A stretch of DNA of 64,000 bases from Promethearchaeota archaeon. Its GTDB lineage: Archaea > Asgardarchaeota > Lokiarchaeia > Sigyniarchaeales > SOKP01. The translations under genes were made by a program, and so were the position numbers. The stretch is taken from assembly GCA_029838195.1 (NCBI GenBank), contig JALGVJ010000017.1, positions 64,001 to 128,000 on the forward strand, written 5' to 3'. The notes beneath the pieces were generated by a model. That model searched no databases and was not told the DNA's origin. It saw only the letters and a list, made by a program, of their open reading frames with translations. This document shows, in pieces, positions 31,139 through 40,721 of the stretch. Positions within the stretch are counted from its first letter, which is position 1. Every line of letters begins with the position of its first letter.

Positions 31139-32083
31139 ATGAAAAATGCAAAAAATTCTAAAAAATGGGTTGGCGTGCTTTCTGGAAAAGGCGGAGTTGG
31201 GAAAACGTCGCTTGCAGCATCATTGGCGAGCCTTGCTAATGAAGATCATTCACTAAACGTGGCGGTATTAGACTGCGATGTGGACGCTCCAAATCTTGCA
31301 ATCATCATGCCCCCTCGCACGGAAAATGAAGTAAAAACTAAAGAAGTATTTGCAACAATGAAAGCAGAATTCTTAGAAATGAAATGTACCCATTGCAAGC
31401 AATGTATTGAAGCACATTTTTGCGAATTCAATGCTTTAACTTGGAACGAAGAAAAGGAGATTCCTGAAATCGATTATTTAGCGTGTGAGGGATGTTCTGC
31501 TTGCAAGGTGTTATGTCCGGAACATGCTTTTGAATTACATGTTGTTAAAAGTGGGGAAATAATATCGTATATATCAAAGGCAAAAGGGATTCCTTTAGTT
31601 TATGGAAAAACTAAATTGGGGAGTACTACTTCAGGGAAGTTGGTATCTGATTTAAAAAATTTTGTAAAGGAAATGGAAAGTATTAAAAATTGCGATTTAC
31701 TTCTCGTAGATGGTCCACCGGGTATTGGATGTCCTGTAATTGCAACGGTTTCAGGTTTAGATTATGTAATAACGATTACAGAGCCTACTCCATCAGGGCT
31801 TCATGATCTCTTACGAGCCATAGAAGTCGTGCAACAGTTTAACATCCCTTTTGGGATCGTGATAAACAAACATGATATTCAGAGTTCATTTCAACAAAGA
31901 TTTCAAGATTTCATTAAAGAAACGGGGCACGTGGTTATTGGAGGGATTCCTTTTGATTTATCCGTGCCCGAAGCAATGTCTTTTTCCATACCGGTTGTTG
32001 ATTATGCTCCAAATTCTCCTGCTAGTAGAGCTATTCGGGAAATTTACACCAAATTAAAAGTAATATTGTGGAATAGCTCTTAG
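31139..32083 (+). CDS. MinD/ParA-type P-loop ATPase with inserted 4Fe-4S domain (COG1149), second paralog
   Basis: SGKGGVGKT, DCDVDAPNL, CEGCSACKVLCP, DGPPGIGCP and TEPTPSGLHD motifs. Confidence 0.9.
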   Translation: MKNAKNSKKWVGVLSGKGGVGKTSLAASLASLANEDHSLNVAVLDCDVDAPNLAIIMPPRTENEVKTKEVFATMKAEFLEMKCTHCKQCIEAHFCEFNALTWNEEKEIPEIDYLACEGCSACKVLCPEHAFELHVVKSGEIISYISKAKGIPLVYGKTKLGSTTSGKLVSDLKNFVKEMESIKNCDLLLVDGPPGIGCPVIATVSGLDYVITITEPTPSGLHDLLRAIEVVQQFNIPFGIVINKHDIQSSFQQRFQDFIKETGHVVIGGIPFDLSVPEAMSFSIPVVDYAPNSPASRAIREIYTKLKVILWNSS

Positions 32084-32118
32084 AAAACACTTCCTTTATT
32101 TTCTTTTTCTAATTTATT

Positions 32119-33555
32119 CTACTTTACGTGATTTGTACTTTCCTTCCTTGCTTTGGTTATCACGTGCTCCAAATCTTTTTTAATATCGGGATCTAAATAA
32201 GGTTGTTCATATTGCTCTAAAAAGAGGGATTTCATTTCTGCGCATTCTTTTTCCACATCGAATCCACCTTTTTCTTTCCACGCGGGATAATCTTCTCTAT
32301 TTAAGAGGTGTGGACTCCACAATTCTTTCCGATAATTTTTAAGTGTATGCATGGTTTCCAGGAAAGACCCTCTTGGACCTACTTTTTTAATCACATCGAG
32401 AGCAAGGGAATTTTCATTAATTATCAAATCGCGGTCAAGGTTTTTCACGTAGGAAATTATTTCAGATTGTAAAAGGAGTATATCGAGGGAGGCTGCTTGA
32501 TCCATGCCGCAGATTCCAAGATGGCCAAAAATATCCGCTTTGGCTAATAGACCCATGGAGAGAGTGATTCCAATTTCCAATCCAGCTTGGGCATCTACTC
32601 TTTTAGAATCCGTTAGTCCCGCATTGATATAAACGGGAAATCCGTAGAATTTTCCCATTTCTGTCATTGCTACACTAAAAAGAGCTTGTTCGGGCCCTCC
32701 AAATATGATTTGAACGGAACGCATGTCAAATGCATGGCAAATTCCCCCATAACAAATGGGCAAACCCGGTTTGATGAGTTGAGTGATGCAAATTCCCGAT
32801 AAGATCTCAGCATTCTCTTGAGCTAAAGTTCCTGCAATTGTGCACGGAGCGGACATGCCCATTTGAGCCATGGGGCCTACTTGTACAGGCATGTTTAATT
32901 TAGCAGTTTCAAATAACAAGTCAATCCCATTAAAAGGAAAGCTAAGCGGGCTCACGGGTTCGAATAATGGCTGAAATAATGGATATTTTCTTGCTTTTTC
33001 CTCATCACCTCGAAGCGTGATTAAAAAGTCCATTAAAAATTTGGTGGAAAGACGGTCAAAAAACCAAAAAGTAATGGGTTTTTCTGTATATTGAATCATT
33101 TCATTCGCAACCTCTATAGCTCTCCATTGAATGGGAATTTCTTGAGGATCAGCCATGGCACCCGGAATCGTGATTTGGTCCAAGATTTCTCCAAATTTAG
33201 CTGCTATGATGACATCGTTGAGAGTAGCATATCTTCTATCCTCGCCTATATTATCAAGCCAAAATGCTTGTCCGCTAGAAGTATTAAAATTTCTCCTTCC
33301 CGTTCCAAATTCGGCTTTTTTAGATAGATTTCGCCCATGCAGAAAAAATTTTTTTCCCGCTTTTGAAATTAACTCTTTGACAATTGCGGGTGGAATTTTC
33401 ACTAAGCGTTCCTTATTATCAACGATCGCACCAATATCAGCAAATCGAGATAACACTTTTTCATGTGGAACGTGAATGCCTATTCTTTCCAAAATCAATA
33501 AAGATGCTTCATGAATTTTTTCAATGTCATTTTTGGACAATAGAGAAATGTTCAT
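32119..33555 (-). CDS. mttB: MttB-superfamily corrinoid methyltransferase, non-pyrrolysine type
   Basis: IHEASLLILERIG, PVSPL, APCTIAGTLAQENAE and DSKRVDAQAG motifs; no in-frame TAG. Confidence 0.9.
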   Translation of the reverse strand: MNISLLSKNDIEKIHEASLLILERIGIHVPHEKVLSRFADIGAIVDNKERLVKIPPAIVKELISKAGKKFFLHGRNLSKKAEFGTGRRNFNTSSGQAFWLDNIGEDRRYATLNDVIIAAKFGEILDQITIPGAMADPQEIPIQWRAIEVANEMIQYTEKPITFWFFDRLSTKFLMDFLITLRGDEEKARKYPLFQPLFEPVSPLSFPFNGIDLLFETAKLNMPVQVGPMAQMGMSAPCTIAGTLAQENAEILSGICITQLIKPGLPICYGGICHAFDMRSVQIIFGGPEQALFSVAMTEMGKFYGFPVYINAGLTDSKRVDAQAGLEIGITLSMGLLAKADIFGHLGICGMDQAASLDILLLQSEIISYVKNLDRDLIINENSLALDVIKKVGPRGSFLETMHTLKNYRKELWSPHLLNREDYPAWKEKGGFDVEKECAEMKSLFLEQYEQPYLDPDIKKDLEHVITKARKESTNHVK

Positions 33556-33845
33556 TCAAATCCCTCAAACTAACGGTTTTATTCCATAATTTAATCACAA
33601 ATTTAATTTTTTTAATGAAAAGAATTTCAAAAAATAGAATAATTAATAGATTATTTTAGTAAAGAATAAATTTTTCTTCTTTTCTATCATGATTTATAAT
33701 CTTATCATTTTAAAAGTATCTATCAATACCATTCATGGGAAAGTGAAGAAAATAATTGCAATGTGATATTTTATCTCGTATAGAATGAATAATGAAAATT
33801 ATGGTAGTAAAATAGAGGTGAATCATCATTCCCGTTACGAATTTC

Positions 33846-34316
33846 ATGGATCTCTACAAATATTTACCTAAAACGAATTGTAAAAAGTGCGGACAACCCA
33901 CGTGCATGGCCTTCGCTTTAGCCCTGCTTCAGGGGAAGGTAAAAGTAGATGATTGTACACCTTTAGTTGAAGAGGCAAAATATAAAAAGCAATATGATAT
34001 TTTAAAAGAGTTAATCGGTAAAGAAGAAGGACAAGAAAAGCAGTTACATATAGAAATCGATGAAGACAAGTGTGACGGCTGTGGAATTTGCGTAACGGCT
34101 TGTCCCGTGAACGCTCGTTATTGTCCACCCACTTTAAGCGGAAAGGCTCCTGATTATCCTCCGGATAAACATCAATTGTTCGAAGTAAAAAATGGTAAAT
34201 GTCAATTGTTAAATTTGGAACATTGTAGGCGTTTAGAGGCGGAAGGACGTGAAAGGGAATGTCACGTGTGCGAAATTTATTGTCCACGAGAAGCCATAAA
34301 AATTCTTTATATTTGA
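33846..34316 (+). CDS. fwdG: FwdG-like ferredoxin with N-terminal Fe-S (PF04060-type) domain
   Basis: LPKTNCKKCGQPTCMAFA..C, CDGCGICVTACPVN and CHVCEIYCP motifs; first gene of the fwd-like operon. Confidence 0.72.
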   Translation: MDLYKYLPKTNCKKCGQPTCMAFALALLQGKVKVDDCTPLVEEAKYKKQYDILKELIGKEEGQEKQLHIEIDEDKCDGCGICVTACPVNARYCPPTLSGKAPDYPPDKHQLFEVKNGKCQLLNLEHCRRLEAEGRERECHVCEIYCPREAIKILYI

Positions 34317-34360
34317 ATTTTTTTTTAATTAGAATGAATGGATTAATTTAAGGTATAAAA

Positions 34361-35668
34361 ATGAAGTATGTAGTTTGTTCTGGTTGTTCTTTACTCTGTT
34401 CTGATATTATAGTTAGAACCGGTGGTTTATTCATTGATGAGGTTTATGGGGCATGTGAACGAGGAAAAGAACGATTTGATTCAGTAACAGCAAAAAATCG
34501 AATTACACATCCTCAGATTAGAAAGAATGGAAAATTAGAAAAGGCAACTTGGGAAGAGGCTTTAAATAAAACGATTGAAATGATTCGCACTTCAAAAAAA
34601 CCCCTTCTTTATGGATTTTCCACGGTTACATGTGAGGCACAGCTAAAAGGAATGGAATTAGCTCAAAAAATAAACGGGTTTATTGATTCTAATTCAAGTA
34701 TTTGTCTAGGGAAGACTCTTAAAATTGCTCGTGATACAGGACTAACTTTTACGACTTTATCCGAGGCAATTAATAAAGCGGATTTATTGGTTTTTTGGGG
34801 ATTTAATCCGGCAGAATCCATCCCTCGTCTTTTGAATAAAGTAGTTTTTTCACGAGGTAGATTTAGAATGACGGGGAGAGAAATTAAAACGGTTGTCATC
34901 ATTGACCCCATAAAGATAGCTTCATTTGGAATTTTCCAAATAAGGGATATTAGCTTGCAAATCAAGCCCAACGCAGATGCAGAATTAATTAATACCATTA
35001 AAGCAGCTTTAGAAACCGGAGGTGAATTGCCACTTGAGGGTGCTGCGGGAATAGATAACGCCGAGCTCAAAAGGTTTTATCTCAATTTGACGGAAGCAGA
35101 AAATGGTATTATATTTATCGGGCAAGGCCTCTTAAATCCATTGGCAAAAATCAATTTGATTGAGGAATTGTTGAAACTAGTTAACATGTTAAATAAGAAC
35201 CAAAAAAGGGGAAGAATTTCTATAATTCCTGTAGGAGGGCATTATAACATGTTAGGATTTAACCATGTAGCATTGTCGTTTTCGGGCAAATCTCATTCGA
35301 TTAAATTTCAAGATAATAAAGCAACCGATGAGGAACCCACCCTTATTTCCACGATTCAAAAAGGAGATTTTGATTTCTCCTTGATTGTTGGAACAGACCC
35401 TATCTCTCATCTCCCTCATTCTCTTAGCTCTAAAATGGCAGCAAAACCTTTAGTAGTAATTGACAATAAATTTTCAGCAACGACTCATCTTGCCGATATT
35501 GTTCTTCCAAGTGCCATATCCGGCGTCGAGTCTGCCGGACTCGCATTCCGATTAGATAATGTTCCTATTGAATTAAAAAAAATAGTAAATCCTCCTTCTA
35601 ATGTAAGAAGTGATGTGGAAATATTGACAGATATTTTAACTAGATTAACTACTCCAGGAGGAAGGTGA
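34361..35668 (+). CDS. fwdB: Formylmethanofuran dehydrogenase subunit B-like (divergent)
   Basis: CSGCSLLCSD..C Fe-S motif, PLLYGFS..CEAQ, ADLLVFWGFNP, GHYN and FRLDNVP motifs. Confidence 0.88.
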   Translation: MKYVVCSGCSLLCSDIIVRTGGLFIDEVYGACERGKERFDSVTAKNRITHPQIRKNGKLEKATWEEALNKTIEMIRTSKKPLLYGFSTVTCEAQLKGMELAQKINGFIDSNSSICLGKTLKIARDTGLTFTTLSEAINKADLLVFWGFNPAESIPRLLNKVVFSRGRFRMTGREIKTVVIIDPIKIASFGIFQIRDISLQIKPNADAELINTIKAALETGGELPLEGAAGIDNAELKRFYLNLTEAENGIIFIGQGLLNPLAKINLIEELLKLVNMLNKNQKRGRISIIPVGGHYNMLGFNHVALSFSGKSHSIKFQDNKATDEEPTLISTIQKGDFDFSLIVGTDPISHLPHSLSSKMAAKPLVVIDNKFSATTHLADIVLPSAISGVESAGLAFRLDNVPIELKKIVNPPSNVRSDVEILTDILTRLTTPGGR

Positions 35669-35675
35669 ATCTTTC

Positions 35676-36062
35676 ATGGAAATGCTCGTAAATACAGCAA
35701 GATTAATCAGGCATGATCAAGCAACGGAGCATGCTTTTGGAGATTACGAAACATTAAAAAAAAAAGTAGCTATTGCATTCATGAATCCAAATACCATAAA
35801 GCAATTAAACGTGAAAAACCATTCTAACGTAAAAATTATTAGTGAACATGGCTCCGTCGTGCTAACAGCGAAAGAAGAGGATTCCATTCCTGAAGGAATC
35901 GTTACTATTCCCGTTTCCCTATGGGCTAATCAAATAACAGGAATTATTGAAGACGAGTTAATATATAAAAATCTTAAAGCTAAAATTGAGCCTACCACGG
36001 AACCCGTACCATCATTTGAAGATTTAATAAGTAAATTAAAAGGAGCGAAAGAAGAGGTGTAA
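35676..36062 (+). CDS. fwdD: Formylmethanofuran dehydrogenase subunit D-like (molybdopterin dinucleotide-binding)
   Basis: NTARLIRHDQ, FMNP, SEHGSVV and IPVSLWAN motifs. Confidence 0.85.
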   Translation: MEMLVNTARLIRHDQATEHAFGDYETLKKKVAIAFMNPNTIKQLNVKNHSNVKIISEHGSVVLTAKEEDSIPEGIVTIPVSLWANQITGIIEDELIYKNLKAKIEPTTEPVPSFEDLISKLKGAKEEV

Positions 36063-36067
36063 ATAAC

Positions 36068-37735
36068 TTGATACGACTGGAAATCAAGAATGGTCTCGTG
36101 TTTGATCCCATGAATAACATCGAAGGAGAAATAAAAGATATTCTCATCGAGAATGGAAAAATCGTAGAAAAATTTTCTGCTGAAACTGATGTGAAAATTC
36201 TAAATGCTAAGGGAAAAACGATCATTCCTTCTGCCGTTGAAATCCATTGTCATGTAGCATCGCAGCAAACAAATTGGACCCGGTTATTAGGCTCCAACAA
36301 CCCGAGTTTCATGAAGTATTGGCAAGGATTAACTCTCAAAAAAATTGCTCGTGATTACTTAAAACATGGCTACACTTTTATCACGGAAGCAAATGTTTTT
36401 CCTTCTTTAGCCAAGCAAACGTTATTTAATTTCCAACATATACCCGTTTTGGATAAAGCTTTTCTGTTAAATGTGAGCAATTTATGGCCCTTAGAGCTGG
36501 AATTTCAAAAAGGAAAAATTGAAGAGATGATTATTTTCCTCTCAGATCTTTTAGAAAAAACACGTGGATTTGGATTTAAGGCGTATAATCCGTTCGAAAA
36601 TGAAAATTGGAATTTTAATTTTCTACGAGAAGATTTATTGAAACAAGGACGATTATATAATTTCCGCCCAATAGAGGTTTATCTGAATCTTTTACAAGCA
36701 AATGAAAGACTGAACTTGCCTCATTCTCTTCACGTGCACGTGGAAGGATATGAAACTCTAACGGGCAAAAAAAATCTTAATGTACTGCTTGATCATGTTA
36801 AATCCTTAGCATTAGAGCGGAAAAATAATGAAAGTAATGAGCTTGCACGAGATCACCTTTTACATATTGCTCATGGCGCTCTTTACAATGTAGACGGCGA
36901 TAACTCTAATTTAATAAATGCCGTAAATCAATCTCAGGATTTAGATTTAGATTTGGGAATGATAGGTTTTAATGAAATTAATCCGGTAATGACTTCGGAT
37001 AGGCGATTAATAAACCTACTTGAAAAAGAAAACCAGATGCCCGTGATTAAATCTGCGGTTGAAGAAGAGGGAGATCAATTTTGTACTTTAAGAACTTTTT
37101 CAAAAACAACTGAACTTCACTCGATCTTCTTCGTGAATGCCATTGATTTAGCTCTCAACATTCAAAACAAATGGCAAGTTCAATTTTCTGTTAATTATCC
37201 TAATCACGGGGATGTTAATGATATTCCTACTTTAATAGGTATTCTCATGAGTGCGGATGTAAGAAAAAAATTCTTAGAAAAACTTCATCCAATTCTTAGC
37301 GAGGAAAAATTTAGCAATATACATGATAAAGAATTTAATTTCAATGAAATCGTTATCCTTACCCGCGCAAGCCCTGCAAAATCTCTTGGAATTGGAAAGA
37401 TAAAAGGAAATCTTGGTGTTGGAGCGGATGGAGATGTAAACATCTTAGATATTGATGTAAATGAACTCAATCTTCCAAAAGAGATTAATATTTTACAAAA
37501 AGCACTTTCAAGCGTGCATCAAGTAATCAAAGCAGGCATGATTGTTAAAGAGCAAGATAATTTTAATTTAACTCCCCAAGGACACATTTTTCACGCTCAT
37601 GGCGATCGCATAGAACTCAAGGATACGGAATTATTAATGAAGGCAAAAAAAGATTATTATAAGAAATATTCTTCCATTTTTTATGAATCTTTAACTTGTA
37701 CTTTAAATCCAAAGATACTAAGAAAAATCGGTTAG
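36068..37735 (+). CDS. fwdA: Formylmethanofuran dehydrogenase subunit A-like amidohydrolase (divergent)
   Basis: IKNGLVFDPMN, EIHCH, KAYNP, LPHSLHVH and TRASPAKSLG..KGNLGVGADGD motifs. Confidence 0.85.
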   Translation: MIRLEIKNGLVFDPMNNIEGEIKDILIENGKIVEKFSAETDVKILNAKGKTIIPSAVEIHCHVASQQTNWTRLLGSNNPSFMKYWQGLTLKKIARDYLKHGYTFITEANVFPSLAKQTLFNFQHIPVLDKAFLLNVSNLWPLELEFQKGKIEEMIIFLSDLLEKTRGFGFKAYNPFENENWNFNFLREDLLKQGRLYNFRPIEVYLNLLQANERLNLPHSLHVHVEGYETLTGKKNLNVLLDHVKSLALERKNNESNELARDHLLHIAHGALYNVDGDNSNLINAVNQSQDLDLDLGMIGFNEINPVMTSDRRLINLLEKENQMPVIKSAVEEEGDQFCTLRTFSKTTELHSIFFVNAIDLALNIQNKWQVQFSVNYPNHGDVNDIPTLIGILMSADVRKKFLEKLHPILSEEKFSNIHDKEFNFNEIVILTRASPAKSLGIGKIKGNLGVGADGDVNILDIDVNELNLPKEINILQKALSSVHQVIKAGMIVKEQDNFNLTPQGHIFHAHGDRIELKDTELLMKAKKDYYKKYSSIFYESLTCTLNPKILRKIG

Positions 37736-37740
37736 TCATG

Positions 37741-37910
37741 TTTCCTTCTTTTTTTTTAAATTTTTCTCTTAATTCAAGAGCTTTTTTTAAAAAACACTCA
37801 ATTCCGTGAATAATTTCATTAATCATGGACTTTATTAGTTTAATAATTTTTTATTCTAATAAAATTGAAAAATGCTTCGAAGATTTACCTTGAGAAAAAA
37901 ATTTTCGAAA
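37741..37910 (+). repeat. About 170 bp direct repeat, copy 1 (copy 2 at about 39596-39770)
   Basis: tttccttc...aattcaagagctttttttaaaaaacactcaattccgtgaataat...ttcgaagatttacc.tgagaaaaaaattttcg.aaa is present in both places. Confidence 0.92.
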
Positions 37911-38172
37911 CTATAAAATATGCCATGTCAAATTCAAATCCTTTTTTTCTTAACAAGGTTGAAATTGCCGTTACCTGGGAATGATCTCTTCCCGTGATTA
38001 GCACTAAAGGAACATTAGTGGTAAAAGAAACGTGATTGATGCTGGAATTAAATGCATTGAAAAAATTAGAGAGCGAAACAACATTATCCTCATCGAATTC
38101 GATAGAAAAATCATTTAAAGGATTATAATAAAGGGTGTTATCAATATCCAAAATAATTAATTTTTCTTTCAT
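37885..38172 (-). pseudogene. 3'-truncated HAD-superfamily hydrolase
   Basis: Motif I LDIDNTL and motif II ITGR present; the ORF runs into the repeat before motifs III/IV. Confidence 0.6.
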
Positions 38173-38436
38173 GGCAATATCCTCGAAATTTTATTGAAAT
38201 ATATGATTTAAATGAAAAAGTTCCCTCTTATAAATAATTTGGGAGAGGTAAATTAATAATTTCATCCATGGTACTAAAATTACAATATCTATAGCTTGAT
38301 TCTTCCACCTGAAGAAACTATACATAATCTCTTATTATTCCGGAGAAGTAGTTATCCTTGAAAATGGAGAATTCTGCGCTAAATTACCTACCTTGAAATT
38401 TTTAAAGAATGATAAAAATGCAAAAACACGCATGTT

Positions 38437-38859
38437 TTACTCCTTGATGATGGGAAAAATAGCATTACCCGGACAATTTTTAAAACACTTCAAACACTTG
38501 AAGCATTTCGACAAGGATTTAGCTCTAAACTTCACGTATTCTTGCCCCTTTTCATCTCTTTCAAGAAAAAATAATCCCTGGAAGCAAAAATCATCTTTTA
38601 AACATTTATAACATTTTAGACATCTCTCCTCATCGATGGTAAATCCTTCTAGCTTGCCTTCTTCAATAGAAATTACCTCAATGGCGCCATGTTCGCAAAC
38701 ATCAACACATTTCAAACATCCTTCACATTTCTCATAATTAACGTATCGCATTGAATTCTTAAAAAAAATTGCTTTAGGAGAACAGCTATACATGCAACGC
38801 TGACATCTCACGCATAAATTTGGATTAATGCTTATGGGAAATAGTTTTTCTGCTTTCAT
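38437..38859 (-). CDS. Polyferredoxin (four [4Fe-4S] motifs)
   Basis: CVRCQRCMYSC, CEGCLKCVDVC, CLKCYKC..FC and CFKCLKCFKNCP motifs. Confidence 0.88.
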   Translation of the reverse strand: MKAEKLFPISINPNLCVRCQRCMYSCSPKAIFFKNSMRYVNYEKCEGCLKCVDVCEHGAIEVISIEEGKLEGFTIDEERCLKCYKCLKDDFCFQGLFFLERDEKGQEYVKFRAKSLSKCFKCLKCFKNCPGNAIFPIIKE

Positions 38860-39219
38860 GATGAATAATCCCTTGTTTAAAAGATTATACTTCTAATAAA
38901 AAGAATTAAGTAAATAAGAAAATTTTCTCTCTCATAAAATGTTATTTTTTATTTTTTTTATATATTTGAAACAAATTTATTATATTTTATTAGTACTTAA
39001 TAGTTATAAGTATTAAAATTAGAGATAAAAATTAAAAAAAATTTTATTTTTATTGAGTTATTTTTAAGATTTTCAATTAATTCTTTGGATCTTTTTGGGT
39101 GTTAAATCATAAAATTGCTGAAAAATTAATAAACCGAGAATCATTACTATCATGGATATTACTGCTAAATGAGCGTGAATGCCCCATTCTATCAGAAGTG
39201 TCTTCGCGAGTATATTTTT

Positions 39220-39682
39220 TGCGAAAATAGCCAAATCCATAAAATCTTTCAAAATTTTTCTTTTTCTAATAATAAAAGGTGTTTATAATTACATTTCCAT
39301 CATGAAGATATCTAAAACCTCCGGCATTTTAGTTTATCTCGGGATAATAATCATTCAAGAATTTTGGATTTCCCTCGTCTTGCCTAACACGTAAATATCC
39401 AAAATTTGATGCCACTCCTACTATTCGATCATTTTCTATTAGGAACATGTGCTCATTAGGTATCGAAATTCATTCATTCACGGGTGAGATGGCTTTAGAA
39501 TCTTCAAATTGATTGCAAATATATCAATATCCCGGTAATCAAAATTTATCTTTAATCCATCTTCCAAAATAATCTGAACCATAATCATAATCAGGTTTCC
39601 TTCTTTTTTTTAAAATTTTCTTCTTAATTCAAGAGCTTTTTTTAAAAAACACTCAATTCCGTGAATAATTTTATTAATCATG
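39220..39682 (-). pseudogene. N-terminal remnant of a large glycoside hydrolase/phosphorylase-like gene
   Basis: Fragments KPDYDYGSDYFGRWIKDKF, ENDRIVGVASNFGYLRVRQDEGNPKFLNDY and FERFYGFGYFRKK, interrupted by stops and frameshifts; family assignment is from memory. Confidence 0.5.
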
Positions 39683-39770
39683 GACTTCATTACTTTTTTA
39701 ATAATACTTTTATTCGAATAAAATTGAAAAATACTTCGAAGATTTACCATGAGAAAAAAATTTTCGGAAA
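39596..39770 (+). repeat. About 170 bp direct repeat, copy 2 (includes the start codon of the BI-1 gene)
   Basis: Aligns with 37741-37910. Confidence 0.92.
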
Positions 39771-40465
39771 TAAGAGAGAATTTCAGCTCCAGAACTAATA
39801 AAACCATGAATCGTGTTCTTCTAGGACTATTTTGGTCATTAGGGTGGATGGCAATAACCACATATGGCCTTGGCAAAATTTTAATTGGCTCTTGGCTTCC
39901 CGCTTATTCTCCCGTTTTTAAAGATATTTTTATTATTAATTGGTGGATTCCTATTTTGATCTTATTCCCCATCATCCTCGTTCTGGGTTTTGCGTGTCAT
40001 TTTTCTACTTCTACACATCCCATTGTTCAGATTATCCTACTAACGCTCTACTCCATTTTCAATGGCATGTTCATTAGCCCCATAACCGCCCTTGCCATGA
40101 CTTTAGGAATAAATATCGCAGTAGCATTAGGATTAACGGCAGGCATCTCTCTGATTGCCGGATTTATTGGATGGATAAAAAAAGACATGTCTTCTTGGAA
40201 AAATTGGCTATTGGGCATTTTAATTTGCGGAATTATTGCTTCCTTAATAAATCTTTTCATTCCCACCACCGGCTTTACTCTCCTCGTTTCTATTCTGGTA
40301 ATTATCATTTTTATTCCTCTAATCATGTATGATATCAATCAGATTAAATATAATTTAGAAGAAGATAAATGGATTCGTGGTGTCATTGAATTATTCCTCG
40401 ATTTCGTGAATATTTTCATTCGCATTCTTTATATTTTAATATTATTGGCACTCGGGGAAGATTGA
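39749..40465 (+). CDS. Bax inhibitor-1/YccA family membrane protein
   Basis: About 7 TMs; MYDINQI and LFLDFVNIF di-aspartate motifs. Confidence 0.9.
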   Translation: MRKKFSEIRENFSSRTNKTMNRVLLGLFWSLGWMAITTYGLGKILIGSWLPAYSPVFKDIFIINWWIPILILFPIILVLGFACHFSTSTHPIVQIILLTLYSIFNGMFISPITALAMTLGINIAVALGLTAGISLIAGFIGWIKKDMSSWKNWLLGILICGIIASLINLFIPTTGFTLLVSILVIIIFIPLIMYDINQIKYNLEEDKWIRGVIELFLDFVNIFIRILYILILLALGED

Positions 40466-40721
40466 TAATGCTCGGTGATATGGATTTCTATTAATGAGAG
40501 AATTATTTTTACATTTGATTCCTATCTTGATCTTACACCCTCTTTTTTTTTTATAAAGATTTTCTCAATATTCCATGACTGAAAAATTAAAAAGTTTAAA
40601 TCGTGGAAGATATTCTTAAAATATAAAAAATTAATCGTTATTTCTATTTTTAGTGCAAAAACTAAATTATCCTTCTTTAAATTTAAATAAAAGATTAATA
40701 AGTAAACGTGATTAATGTCTC

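Noticed and set aside
32119-33555. Pyrrolysine-containing trimethylamine methyltransferase
   Set aside because: Full-length ORF with no in-frame TAG
34361-35668. Selenocysteine-containing FwdB (FwuB-type)
   Set aside because: The ligand position is TGT (Cys) and there is no internal TGA
37741-39770. Direct repeats as IS ends or a CRISPR array
   Set aside because: Only two long copies, no terminal inverted repeats, no transposase and no regular repeat-spacer periodicity
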